Source: Macrostomum hystrix | Taxonomy: Eukaryota > Animalia > Platyhelminthes | NCBI GenBank assembly: GCA_950097015.1 | Contig: CATNEN010000007.1 | Coordinates: 9,300,001 to 9,364,000 of the forward strand | Direction: 5' to 3' | DNA: 64,000 nt | Shown: piece by piece, positions 1 to 11,460 of the stretch | How the letters are laid out: each line of letters begins with the position of its first letter | Numbering within the stretch: the first letter of the stretch is position 1 | The notes under the pieces: generated by a model | What the model was told of the DNA's origin: nothing | Seen by the model: only the letters and a program-made list of their open reading frames with translations | Database searches by the model: none | Program-made: the position numbers and the translations under genes

Positions 1-2
1 TT

Positions 3-3000
3 AGGGAATTTTTATCCACCGATCCGTCTCTTCGGCAAGGACTATACTCGCTGGCTGAAAACATAGCGAGAGGAAATTCAGATAACATAGAGCTCTTTTG
101 TCAAATATTGAACATGAGGAGCGAAGAAGATAAACAGCATTTTTTTAAACAAGCGATAAGCTATTCCGCTCAGGAAGAACAGCAAGACAGTGCAAAGAAA
201 CTACTCAACTTGTGGTCACCACCCGATGTGGAGCGAAAGCAACTTCTCGGTCGCATTCTGAGTACAGCCGTACACTCTGGTTCTGAGAATACTATGCGAA
301 TGGCGATCAACTTTGGTCTCCGCCCTGCAGTCGACTTAAGCGCCTCCGATTGCGACTTCCTGATTGCAAGAGCTCTGGAAAGAACTGATTCGAAAGCGCT
401 ATCAATATTGCTGGAAAACGGTCTCAGCATTGCCGAATTCATTGAGCACAAGCCCGATAGGTTAGTCCGCTCCCTGGATACTGAGGCAGCTAATTGCAGT
501 AAGAACATTATGTGCTTTGTACTCGGTCACCTGACATCCGTTCAGGTTCAGGCTGTTGCCCACGCTGCTATCACTGGTGGCTTCATCGCGTTAAGTATAT
601 CACTGGTGGCCAACTTGGAAGATCTTAGCTGCCGATCAACCAACACCGACAACTGGACCCTGCTGATGCGAGCAGCGGACAGAGGCTACGTTGAAATCGT
701 CCAGGCTCTGCTTGCTAAAGGAGTCGATCGCGAGGAGACTGTCGAAGGACCTCACGGACTCCGATCGGCACTGGACATTGCTCGAAGCGCCGGGCATCAG
801 GCCATTGTGAACCTACTGGACGGCTCGAGTCAGTTACTGCCATCTGACCATACGGAAGGCACTTCTTTCTGGTAAATTTTGACCGTAATTAATTTGAGTT
901 ATGACCGTATTGAAATGGCTAGAGGAAAAGCTTAAAAATTTTAATGGCTTCCTTTTGTAGCACTTCCAGTCCTCCATTTCCGGCAGTAGACTTTAGAATT
1001 ATGCTTCAGGAGATTCAGATCAGGTGAGCATAGAAATTGCCCATAAAAAATTTCTTACATAAACATTTTCAAACCTATTATTGTTATTTATTGATATCTT
1101 GGATGAAGTTCAGAGTACAATAACCCGCTAAGAACAGTGCGCTTTCGAATATGCTCCCAGACTTGCCTCTGAGTGTTGATCATGTAGATAAGATGATTTT
1201 TGATGAGCTAGACCGGTCCATCACATTACCTCGCATTAAAATTGAAAGACGCTGTAATTCTGCTAATGAATTACCCCTGACAACACAAATCGTCAGCGAA
1301 TGTCCGACAGAGGACGCAGCGATGAGTCAGCGCCTGCACCAGCTACTTGTGAGTGCAGGATTCACGCAGGAGAGAGCCCAGTTCCAGTGTCAGATGGCGG
1401 AGTTCCTGCAGAAGCTCGCAGGTCATGCACTCCGGCCAGATCGGCGTGTCATGACCGGTAGCTACTCGGACGGCTGGGGCAACAGCCTCGTGCAGGTGAC
1501 AGGCAAAACCGCCAGAGACTCTGACATTGATTGGACCGTCATCCAGGAAGGGGAGACGTTTCACATCTTCTTCGGCTGCCAGTGTGTGAATGTGCGACGG
1601 CTGCGTCTGGAGGTTGTCGAGGGTCACGCAAAGATTGAGGCGCATGCAGGTGCGTCTGCAAAAATTGACTGCCCAATTTTTTCCATTACTTACTCGTACT
1701 AGTTACTCGTACAACTCCCACTATGAGCTCGGATTTAAGTGCTAGAATAAGGTCTATTCTATTCAGGTGTCGCGTCGGTAAAACTCATAAAACTGAATCG
1801 CCGAACTGCAGGCAGCCAGCCGGCTGTAGCCGCTCCTCCCTGTGGAGTCCGGCCAGCCCAGGACACCTGCTACGCCTACATGTGCTGCAGCTCGTTCCAC
1901 ACGCACAGAATCAATGCCCTGATCAGCAACTCAGTCAATTGCGAGGGAAACGTGCATCTGGTACGGGCCACTCGACCAGACAAAACTGCCGAGCTGCGCG
2001 TGAGTTTCAGCTTTCAGGAAAAGAAGGTGTTGCAGAATCTCACGACAGAGCAGGGCCAGCTGTTTATTCTGCTGAAGTTCCTGTTCAAACGACTCATCCC
2101 GAAGATCTGGAATACGCCAGGTCTCAAGACCTACCACGCCAAGACGCTGCTGTTTTTCATGCTCGAGCGAAATGAGGATCCACAGGAATGGGAGCCTAGG
2201 AAGCTTGTCTCTCTGTTCAGGGAATCCCTCTTGTTGATGCTGGAACTGACTGCGAATGAGGCCAAGCCTGAAGTCTGTATGCCGCACTTCTTCTTAGAAA
2301 AAGCTCCGCTTTTTTTCAAGGGGGCTGCTGTGGGATCGCCTGTAACAAAGCTTGGAGTGTTTGAGTGCATCAGACGAGTGCTGCTCAATCTAGAAGAGTT
2401 TGAAGGTTACCTTGCTGGTCATGTAAAGCCCTTGGACTCAAATGCGAGCTTTTATTTCTACCCTTTTACTCTGCTTCCATTGGCTGCTCCGGCGAAGCTA
2501 ACGGAGTCTAAACTGAGCTACTTCGCTGATATCTACAGCTTAGTCTACTTTCGACTAGTCGACCTGAAGGATTTGCAACCGGAACAGTCGAGAAATTTCT
2601 TTGACAATCTGAAATGCGCTAACAATCTGACCTGTATGAAGTGCGCTCGAGTTGTTTTGGAGGCTCTCGCGCACTTAAAACTCGGCGACGAGTCCTCCGC
2701 TACCCTGGTCCTAAAGCAGCTGGAGGGCCACCAGACTAAGCGACTGTGGGATCCGACACAAACGCTTAATGTTTCAGGGTATTACGGTAACTTCAAAGAC
2801 TACGACTTTGAAGAGCATGAGTACAAGGTGCTAAGAGAAAATGATTGGGCTTGGAAGTTCTGCTTCGTCTACAGCCCAGAGAGCATCAAGCTGGAATTTC
2901 TGCCGAAGGAAATTGTTAGCTGCTGCGTGTCTCACCTCAGCCATGGCAACGCGTCTCACAGCTACGTGAACTTTTACAGTCTCTGGCGCTGTTTGACCAT

Positions 3001-3277
3001 GTACTTATCGCCCGAGCATCTGGACAAGGAGCTGGAAAAGACCCTGTGGTTTACGGATCTGAAAGAAGACGCTGATTATGAGGAACTGTTTGCCTTCAGC
3101 GTCTTCTGTTCGGACGGCGCCCGCCTGCGAATATGCGCTGAGCGCATCCGGGCTTTTCTAGGGCCCGAGATCTCCAAGGCAGACGATGCCAGGGTCGGAC
3201 TCCTGGAGGAGAAGGCAATGAGTATGCTTGCAGAGAGTCCAGGTTCTTCTAGCAAACAGGAATCAATGGTGAATTGA
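3..3277 (+). CDS. Ankyrin-repeat + Mab-21/cGAS-like receptor (cGLR) nucleotidyltransferase fusion, 5'-incomplete; exons <3-871, 961-1023, 1297-1649, 1812-3277
   Basis: The frame is open from base 3. Ankyrin motifs: WTLLMRAADRGYVEIVQALLAKGVD and SALDIARSAGHQAIVNLL. NTase motif TGSYSDG...DSDIDW with a third Asp in QDTCYAY. Mab-21 motifs VHLV, ELRVSFSFQEK, LKTYHAKTLLF, MPHFF. All three GT-AG introns join in matching phase (2, 2, 1). Confidence 0.85.
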
Positions 3278-6200
3278 TGGACTAATGGACTAAGGTCTGC
3301 TACATGTTTGAAGCCTTCGAATCGATATTTTCTGCTTATGTCAAGATCAAAGATTGAAAAGCAATGATTTACAATTTCATGTGAAGCCGTGTAATTCGGT
3401 GTCGATTTTTTTATTGAAGACATGACTGCGATTTTATTTTGGATAGAAATCCAGCTTTTTTCTACATCTACACTTGCATGAGACACATCTACGAGTCATG
3501 TTGAGCACTTCTGCTCTCTTGTGAGTTGGTTGTTATTCAGTACAATGATACACTCGGTGCACTCTGTTTTGCTTAGAAGTACACGCACAGCACTGTAACT
3601 TTATGGTAATTATCTGTTGCGGTGTCATCTCCCCTTTACTTCTGGTAGCGATTAAATTTCTGGCTATATGGAAGGGCAGATAGTGAGGTGTGGGGTTCGC
3701 TCCTTTCAGGATTTGTAGAGCAACCCTTCGAATAACTAAGACCCAATATTTCACATTAGTTCTAGATTTAATCATGCCAAGAGCATGTCTCAGCTCAACA
3801 GATGAAGATCGATTTCCTGTTGAGAGTGCAATTATGTTCTAAAAATGCTACTGTACGTAGAGTGCAAACTTAAGCGAAGTTCATCCTAAATATGTGTTAT
3901 AGATCGTGCTTTCATTATTTTTTTTCACCAAAATCAAATCTTTCGATAAATATAAAACTTGTGTATGAATTATACTAAGGAATTATTTTTATTTTATATT
4001 AGACGCAACTAATCCTTTATGCAACAATTTAGTAAATTTCCCTTTAAAAAAATCACTCGCAACAATTTTTTTTCATCTTTGCCGCCGCCCCCATTTTATG
4101 ATATAGAGGTAGCTTCCCCGTCTCCAAAAATACAAACCGTCCTTGGCGCTCAAACCATTTAGAGTATAAGCCATATCTGACTAGTGTTCTTTAAATCAAT
4201 AACATCGTGTTAATTTTTTCAAAAGCGACCAGAGCTGTGTTAGTTCTATCCAAATTACACGGTGAATACAGTATCGAGCTGTACCAGTTCTATACTACTG
4301 ACAGGGAATAAACGTGTTGTTTAATTAACTAAGGCGTATTGTCTTTATTGTTTAAGGTGTACTACTCGAGACAGACAAATATACTGAAGTCCGATGTAAT
4401 GTATGGCCAGTAAATTTTATGCCTACAATTCCCGACTGTATTAAGAAGGAATTCTCCCTCTTCCACTCTCCTGATCGCGAATACTGGGCAACTTCAATCC
4501 ACTGCGTAAAGCCCTGGAAGACTGGAATTAAAATATCAGGGAGTGCCTTACCGCTCGGGCACATTCAGCTACCAAGGTAACACGTTACTCAAGTGAGATC
4601 AAAGTGCAAATAACAGAAATTAGGGCAAATAGAAACCGCATAGCCAGAACGTCTGCTACATATGTATAAAGAATACTTCACTAAACTACATGTAGGTGCT
4701 TAAGTAAAAAATAATTACGAGCGTATACTTGAGGTCACTTAATTCCGCCAGATAAGTCTGGGGACCGCGAGACCCAACAGCATCAGGTCGCGGCTCACAT
4801 GCTCACGCCGATAACCTGCAGTTGGGCCTTGTCTTTGCTGCAGATGTCAATCGCTGCTGAGCCTGGACTACGCTGCGACATCAGCACACAGCCGAGCTTG
4901 TCGGACCTCGCGGCAACGCGAGACAGTCTTCTGCGTCAGCCATGCAGTCAGCCAACTGCTACGCGTGGACGTGAGGCTGCATCGTCGCTATGCGCTGCTA
5001 TCCTGTGCGTATTGGTCACACGCGGCTGCCCGGGGAGAAGACCGAACGCGCGATACCGACTTGCATTTGACCCGCCTGGCGCAGCTCGACCACGGTTAGG
5101 GTTAGGGCGAGCGTAGTCGGCTGAAGAACTGCGACAGCGACACCGTGGAACTACTGGCTATCACCGCCTTCTACATAGCTGCGACCGCGACTTGATGATC
5201 CGCTGTATAGGCCACCGAGCGCCCCAGGAGGTATTTCCATGCCCTGCAAGACCTAGGCACCCACAGCCGGTTCACGTATACCTTTGCGACTGTGCAGGGC
5301 TCTGTGCAGGGCACGGAAATCGACCTAGCATTAGTGCAAACACTTTCCGAAATACAAAAAGTAAAATTGACCATGGCTAATGGTATTCACGATATTTGAG
5401 ACCACAGAAAACTGTATAATCGAATCACACATAGATCAGTTAAATTATTGAGCGTAGCCGGCTTCAGGTAATAGCCATTGATCTTTAATAGCTTTCCTAA
5501 ATAAATAAAATGCTATATAAAGGCAACCCGTGGTTGGTGGGAAGTCTCGACGAATACTATCGGTGCCTTTACTTTGCGGCATGATCCTTTCGGTGATAAG
5601 GTCTATCCAGAACCACGGGCTTTATCTAGACCGCGCTAGTCAGCAAGGCTGCAAGAGGTTGTCTGCATGAGTGTAACATTACATTCACAAAGGTAATACT
5701 CGTACGTTTAGACTCCAATTGTTGACACCCGGAATTTTTCTTAGAAGCATGTGTAGAATTTATCATAGAAAACGGAAATGCTCACAACGCACTTTCTTGG
5801 AAAGCACCACAAGCAAATGGTATGGAGCTAGTAGTAGACACATTGATTTCATCCTTGTTGTATGTAGCGAATCTAAGCCACCAAAGTTAGTTGAATATCA
5901 TTCTAGCATCATTCCTATATGATATTTTCGGGCTTTAACTATGAATGTAAAGATTAGTCAAATATAGTAAATAAAATGATAATTGCTATTGTAATGTTAC
6001 TATGCCAGTGTTAACTATGCTTCAGAATTTCCTGTAGTGGCATTTGACTTTTTTATAATTGGCATCGGCTTAATCGGTGACTTATACTTATAGTAGGCCT
6101 AGGCCCCAGAAAATATAATCTTGGCTGTGCCACTGTTAATAGTTAGGCCCTAGGCCTATTGATTGTATTTTTTGCTATGAATACAATGTTGATTGGCTAA

Positions 6201-7299
6201 CTTTGATTTTAAAGACAAATTAGGTCATTTGGAATTTATAGCTAGTTTTAATTTAAGACTACCAGAAGACAGACTATTAATATATAGGGCCTATTGCTAT
6301 AGTCATAGAGAGTAGGCCTAGGCCTATTGTAATATTTGGGATAGGCCTAGAACTAGTTTCACATTGTTACTTTCAGCTTAGTTTGGTTGTCCAAAAATCA
6401 AATTTAGCATATAGTAGGTTTATGAACAATCTATAAGCCCTTACAATAAGCTATTAATCTGAAGGCCTAAGCTTTCAGAATTTTTAAATTCTGATCGAAT
6501 GGAACTTTTCAGATACTAACTTAAATTACTAGTTTTTGTAACTAGATTATTCGGACCAATTACATAATTTTTCTCTCCATGCTTTGTTATACTGCCTTTC
6601 CATTATGTGTTTGAAAACAGTAAACTTGTCAACTCAGATGTCAAATAACTGTTTATGAATTTACCCAGATCCATTTATCAACCTGACCAATATCTTTTGT
6701 GCTTTGCTGTTTTTGATTGCACATTATTATATACTTCTTTTACAATTGAAGTATAATAATATTCTGAAACAAGCTGCAACATTCCTACTAAAAAAGAGAT
6801 GTATATAATTGTACATTTTAGCTAGTTATATATATAAAAATATGTATTAACTTTAAATTTTCTTTTTTTAATGATTGATTAATTAAGCATCTTTGCAAAA
6901 GTCAACTAAGTAGGCCTAGGATTAAAATTTTCCATTAAATTTCACAATTCTTTGGTAAAAAAGTGTTTGTATTTTTGTATTTTTGTTGCCATTGTTATAT
7001 ACATCTAATAGCACAATATTAAGTGGCAGTTTTTGTATTTTTAGGTTCACCAACTACTGAAAGAAAAAATGTTTTTTGCTACTTAATAATGTTTTAGTTC
7101 AATAGATTTATTATTCAATTTATTTTACTAAAATTTTGTAATTTAAAAAAATTAAAATTTTCTCTTTTAGCTTTAAGCATGCTGCAGTGTTGATATTTTA
7201 ATGTTATTTTTACCTGTTGGTAATACTACTACTAGTACTACTACTAGATTAAATAAACATCATAAATCATGCCTGAGCCTGTACCTGCACATCCACATA

Positions 7300-7641
7300 G
7301 CAAATAAAAAGAGCTAGAAATTCCCAACTCCCTCCATATACATGGTTTTGTGGTACATGGCACATTGCCATCATGGAAGAAACCAGCTGTTCTGGCACAT
7401 TGTATGCCTGGAGCACCAGGGGGAGTACAGCCCTCACTGCTGAGTTGAAAGACTTACTAAAGTCTACAAAGGTCAGGACCAGGATCAACTGGTGTATGCA
7501 TGCTTCCTCAATAATTTGGCAAGGAGCCACACCTGCTACTACTGCAGGTAGGGATCCAGCATATTCTACAGCCTCAATAACAGCATCCAATTGAACAGCT
7601 TCACAGTGCAGGACTGTAAGCAGATGCCTATGTGCCCCCAT
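7300..7641 (-). mobile_element. Degenerate non-LTR (LINE) reverse transcriptase fragment
   Basis: LTFVDFSKSFNSAVRAVLPLVLQAYNVPEQLVSSM resembles the RT motif FVDFxKAFDSV...L..YG.P..LV. Confidence 0.65.
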
Positions 7642-8507
7642 AGCCTTGTGGTGCTTGGATTCTTTAGGGAGGCGACAGAAAAAAATAGCTAATATGGTAT
7701 AGTTATGCCATTGTCAAAACAATTGCTCCCATTCAATTCTGTTCTATGTTATTGTTTTATTGATATTTCATGGACATTAAAATTAAGTTAAGTCTGGAAA
7801 CTATTTTCCATCCACTAAGATTATATTTTTTTATCAGCCTATTAGATAGCAGATGCTCGAATAATTGCTCTTGCAATGTGAGACGACTAAATTTTATATG
7901 CCTTGTTGACTGGGTAAGAACAGTTTACAGGCCTGTACTCAAGCTTTGAGAACCAGCCGTTCTGCTTGCCCCATGCCTCGAAGCGACTGTTCATGCAGCC
8001 TTTAATGTGAGCGATTTGATAAATGGAACGAAAGTGGCTAAAGTGTTCAAACTGGGATGTTATTAGGAAAAACAGTTTTTGCCTCTCGTGATTCTGATAA
8101 CGAAGCCATAGGGATCTACAGTAACAAACATAGATCCCTGTTTATAGAGTATAGAGTCCTTCAGGCCGCATTGCCGATTTGAACATTTCCCATGCCACCA
8201 AGCCCGTCAGATAAAAAACGCAAGCTTAAAAGCCCCTTCCCCCCCAAGAAGTCATTCGTCACGACTCACGCTCTGACTCACTCGGAGTCTGCGGTCTAGC
8301 GATAAGCGCTGCGTTCCGATGGCTGGTCACAGTTTGATGTGGCAGTGCTTTCGGGCAGAAGGGGCTGCCCATCCAATCTCCGTCTTCCCAGTCAGTCTTG
8401 CTGGATTTAAAAGGCTTTCACTTTGGCTTCATTTCAGCCACGCGAGAGTCTCACACCGCTTGGTGCGTTGCTAACCCCAACATTGGCCTGCCTGCCTCAT
8501 CATCTCG

Positions 8508-10229
8508 ATGCCCGACGCCACCGCCGATGCCGCCGTTCCTGTCGCGGCCGTGCCGCCCCAGGCCGTGCCGCGTCCGGCCACCATCGAGTCCGTCCGCATG
8601 CTGGAGTTGCTGCTTGCGCAGCCGCTGGACGATGAGCAGTGGGAGCGACTGGCCAAGCTGGACCCCGCGCTGGCCCGCCTGCACGGTTGGAGGTCGCGAG
8701 TTCATTTCGCCCGCCTGACCTGCTTGGGCCTCAGCGCCGCTGCTGTACTGGCATTCGCTCTGTTGGCCCTAACTCTGCTGCTGTTGCTGCTGACGCTGCT
8801 GCTGCGACCGGAGCTGGCCGACAGCCTGCAGCCAACTGTCGCCTATATCGCCAGCCGGCTGTTTGGCTTGCCTTTGGACCGGCCCTGCCTGGTCAGTTGC
8901 CTCTCCAGCGCTTTGCATTTTCTATGTTCCATGTCTGTATCACCCGATATTCCTTTGCCATTGGTAACCCTCCACTCACAGGTGACGCCAACCAGCCTGC
9001 TGCCCAATACGATCAGCCTGCAACTGCTCAGACCGACTGTGGGCGACTGCGACTTCTGCCGCAACCTCACCGAACTGCCGCGCGTCTCCGGCCTTAATCC
9101 GGCCGACTTCTACCGCGACTATGTTGAAGCCCGCGTCCCTGTTGTGGTCACCGATGGCGCTCGCGACTGGCGCCTCAGCCACCTGTCCTTCGACTTCTTC
9201 CGCAACCTGTACGCCTCCGGCGCCGCCATCGAAAACGAACACTGCCAGTTCTTTCCCTACAAAACCGAGTTTACCGACCTGGGCCACTTCTTCTCCATGC
9301 CCGAGGCCCGGGCGCACATGGAGCCCGGCTCTTCTCCTTGGTGAGCCGCCGCGGGACTCGACTTTCGAAGCAGCATTTGTTTTAATTGAAACTGACGTAG
9401 CATTTTGTGGAGATATAGTGGCTCATTTTTTCAGTCTGTCAACAGAGTCGGGATTTCATGACTTGCCTCTTTGTCTTCTGATTTGCTGTCGCAGAATTCG
9501 TTTTGCAATTACTCTGGCCGGGTAGACAAAACCCGGATGCGGATCATTGCTGAGCTCCGAGATTGCAGACATCAATGTCGGGGGGGTTGACTAAACTGAT
9601 GTATTCGATTTCTAATTTGCATTGACAGCAGTATAATGCTGGCGATAACTGTCACAATGCCCCACAGATTATACTGATTCATGTCTGACTGTGTTCTGCT
9701 GCCTGTTACAATTTCAGCACAGATTGTGTTAATCGCCTTATACCAGAAATTGCTAGTATTGTTGCATCTTAGTTAAGTTACCTCAGACATCGCTAACCAG
9801 TCTACCATTGCCGCATCTTAGTTAAGTTACCTCAGACATCGCTAATCAGTCTACCATTGCCGCAGGTACGTGGGCTGGTCGAACTGTTCGCCCCGCATCG
9901 CGGCCATCCTTCGCTCGTATTATTCCCGGCCATATTTTCTGCCGCGCGAGTCCGAGACCCTCGGCACTGACTGGATCTTCATGGGCTCGCCGAACTACGG
10001 CGCCCACATGCATGTGGACGATGTCGGACACCCGTCCTGGCAGGCTCAGGTGCGGGGCCGCAAGCGCTGGGACCTGATGCCGCCGCTGGAATGTTCATAC
10101 CAGTGCAGGCCGCTCAGTGTGGTGGTGCAGCCTGGCGAAGTGATCTCCCTGGACACCACTCTTTGGTACCACAGCACTCACATCCTGGAGGGAGACATGA
10201 GCATTGCCATCGGGGCTGAGTTCGACTGA
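8508..10229 (+). CDS. Membrane-anchored JmjC/cupin-like Fe(II)/2-OG dioxygenase-family protein; exons 8508-8891, 8982-9340, 9866-10229
   Basis: Hydrophobic TM segment LAFALLALTLLLLLLTLLL. JmjC features PVVVTDGARDW, GAHMHVD (HxD), QVRGRKRW and PGEVI...WYHST (distal His). Introns are phase-compatible; AATAAA at ~10322. Confidence 0.85.
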
Positions 10230-11460
10230 GTTCAAATCGGTTTTAGCCGAGCTGTTTCAGTGAATTTCTGTGAATCAGGAATACTTTATATGTCATTCCC
10301 AACCCGTTGCTATGTTGGCTTAATAAACTTGAGATCAGTGTCAGAAGCTGGCCTGCATGTGGTTGAATTTCATATTTGGTTCGAATTGTTTTTAAAATAT
10401 GCAGTGCCAATAGCAATTCAGCACTTCAGCATGTGAAAGTTGGCCTTAGTGTGACGGGAAATGAGACAAACACCAGCCTAGTGTGATCTACGATGACCTT
10501 GGCTGACTTGTTGTGAGCAAAAAACACTGCGCCGAGTGTTTTCTTAGTTAGCATTGGTGATTTATGAGGCTGCTTTCAAAGCAGATTCCACTGGGCTTTG
10601 GAAGCGCTTATCGTGCAATAGTACGGCGAGAATGCTGGGCGGTGGTCTCCACTGGCTGTCTGGTACTACGCACTGTCTTATCTGTTTGGAACTGCGATAA
10701 GCCAATACAGCAGGTGGTTAAGTAGCACCCGGTGCGACAATGCCAGTTCTGGCTGTGTGAGAAACTCAGCTAGCATGTTGGGCTTGCCGTGTCTCGCCTG
10801 TGTTCCGCATTGGTCCGCTGCATTCCGTGATCAACTGTCTCCATGCAGCTCTGTGTAGGGAGAAAGCAGCTAAAAATCTGTATGACTGTGTGCTTTGCAG
10901 GTGAAAGTGTGCAATGACTGTTCCAGATCTAATACAAGCCAGTTAACGCCTGTGGTAAGTCCTGCCTGAATGTCTCACTGATTGTACTTGTTGTGTTTCT
11001 AGAAATGATATTTTTATTTCCTCTCTGCTTTGTAGTTTCTATAAAAAGCCGCAGATCATTGTTAAGCTTTTATTGCTGAAAAATTCTTCTTTGGTGCCGA
11101 GATTTTCTGCTTGTCTTTAATTTTATTGGCTCATTTGCACTAAGCCTGAGCTCACCTAACACAATCTCACTATTTGCCTTGTTCTTATACTTTTTATGCG
11201 TGAGTTTAATTTTTTGCGAAAATAGAAATTATCTTGACGAGTTACTCATACGACTGGCGTTGGTCATTTACATATATTTACCTACATTTACCTATATAAC
11301 TGGCAAAATTAATAATGCTTGCCCTCACTACTGCCTCACTTGTCTCCCTTGAGCCTGTCATAGATAACTGGATCTGCCAATTAAACTGCTTTCAGCTGGC
11401 AGTTCAACCGAGAGACCAAAGGACTGGAATTTGCTTAAAAAAATACAATCAGCTTGAAGA

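Noticed and set aside
5094-5108. GGTTAGGGTTAGGG as telomeric sequence
   Set aside because: Only about two units and internal, so not informative.
5527-5619. 9-bp inverted repeat CCCGTGGTT/AACCACGGG as a structured RNA
   Set aside because: The stem is too short and there is no family motif or TSD.
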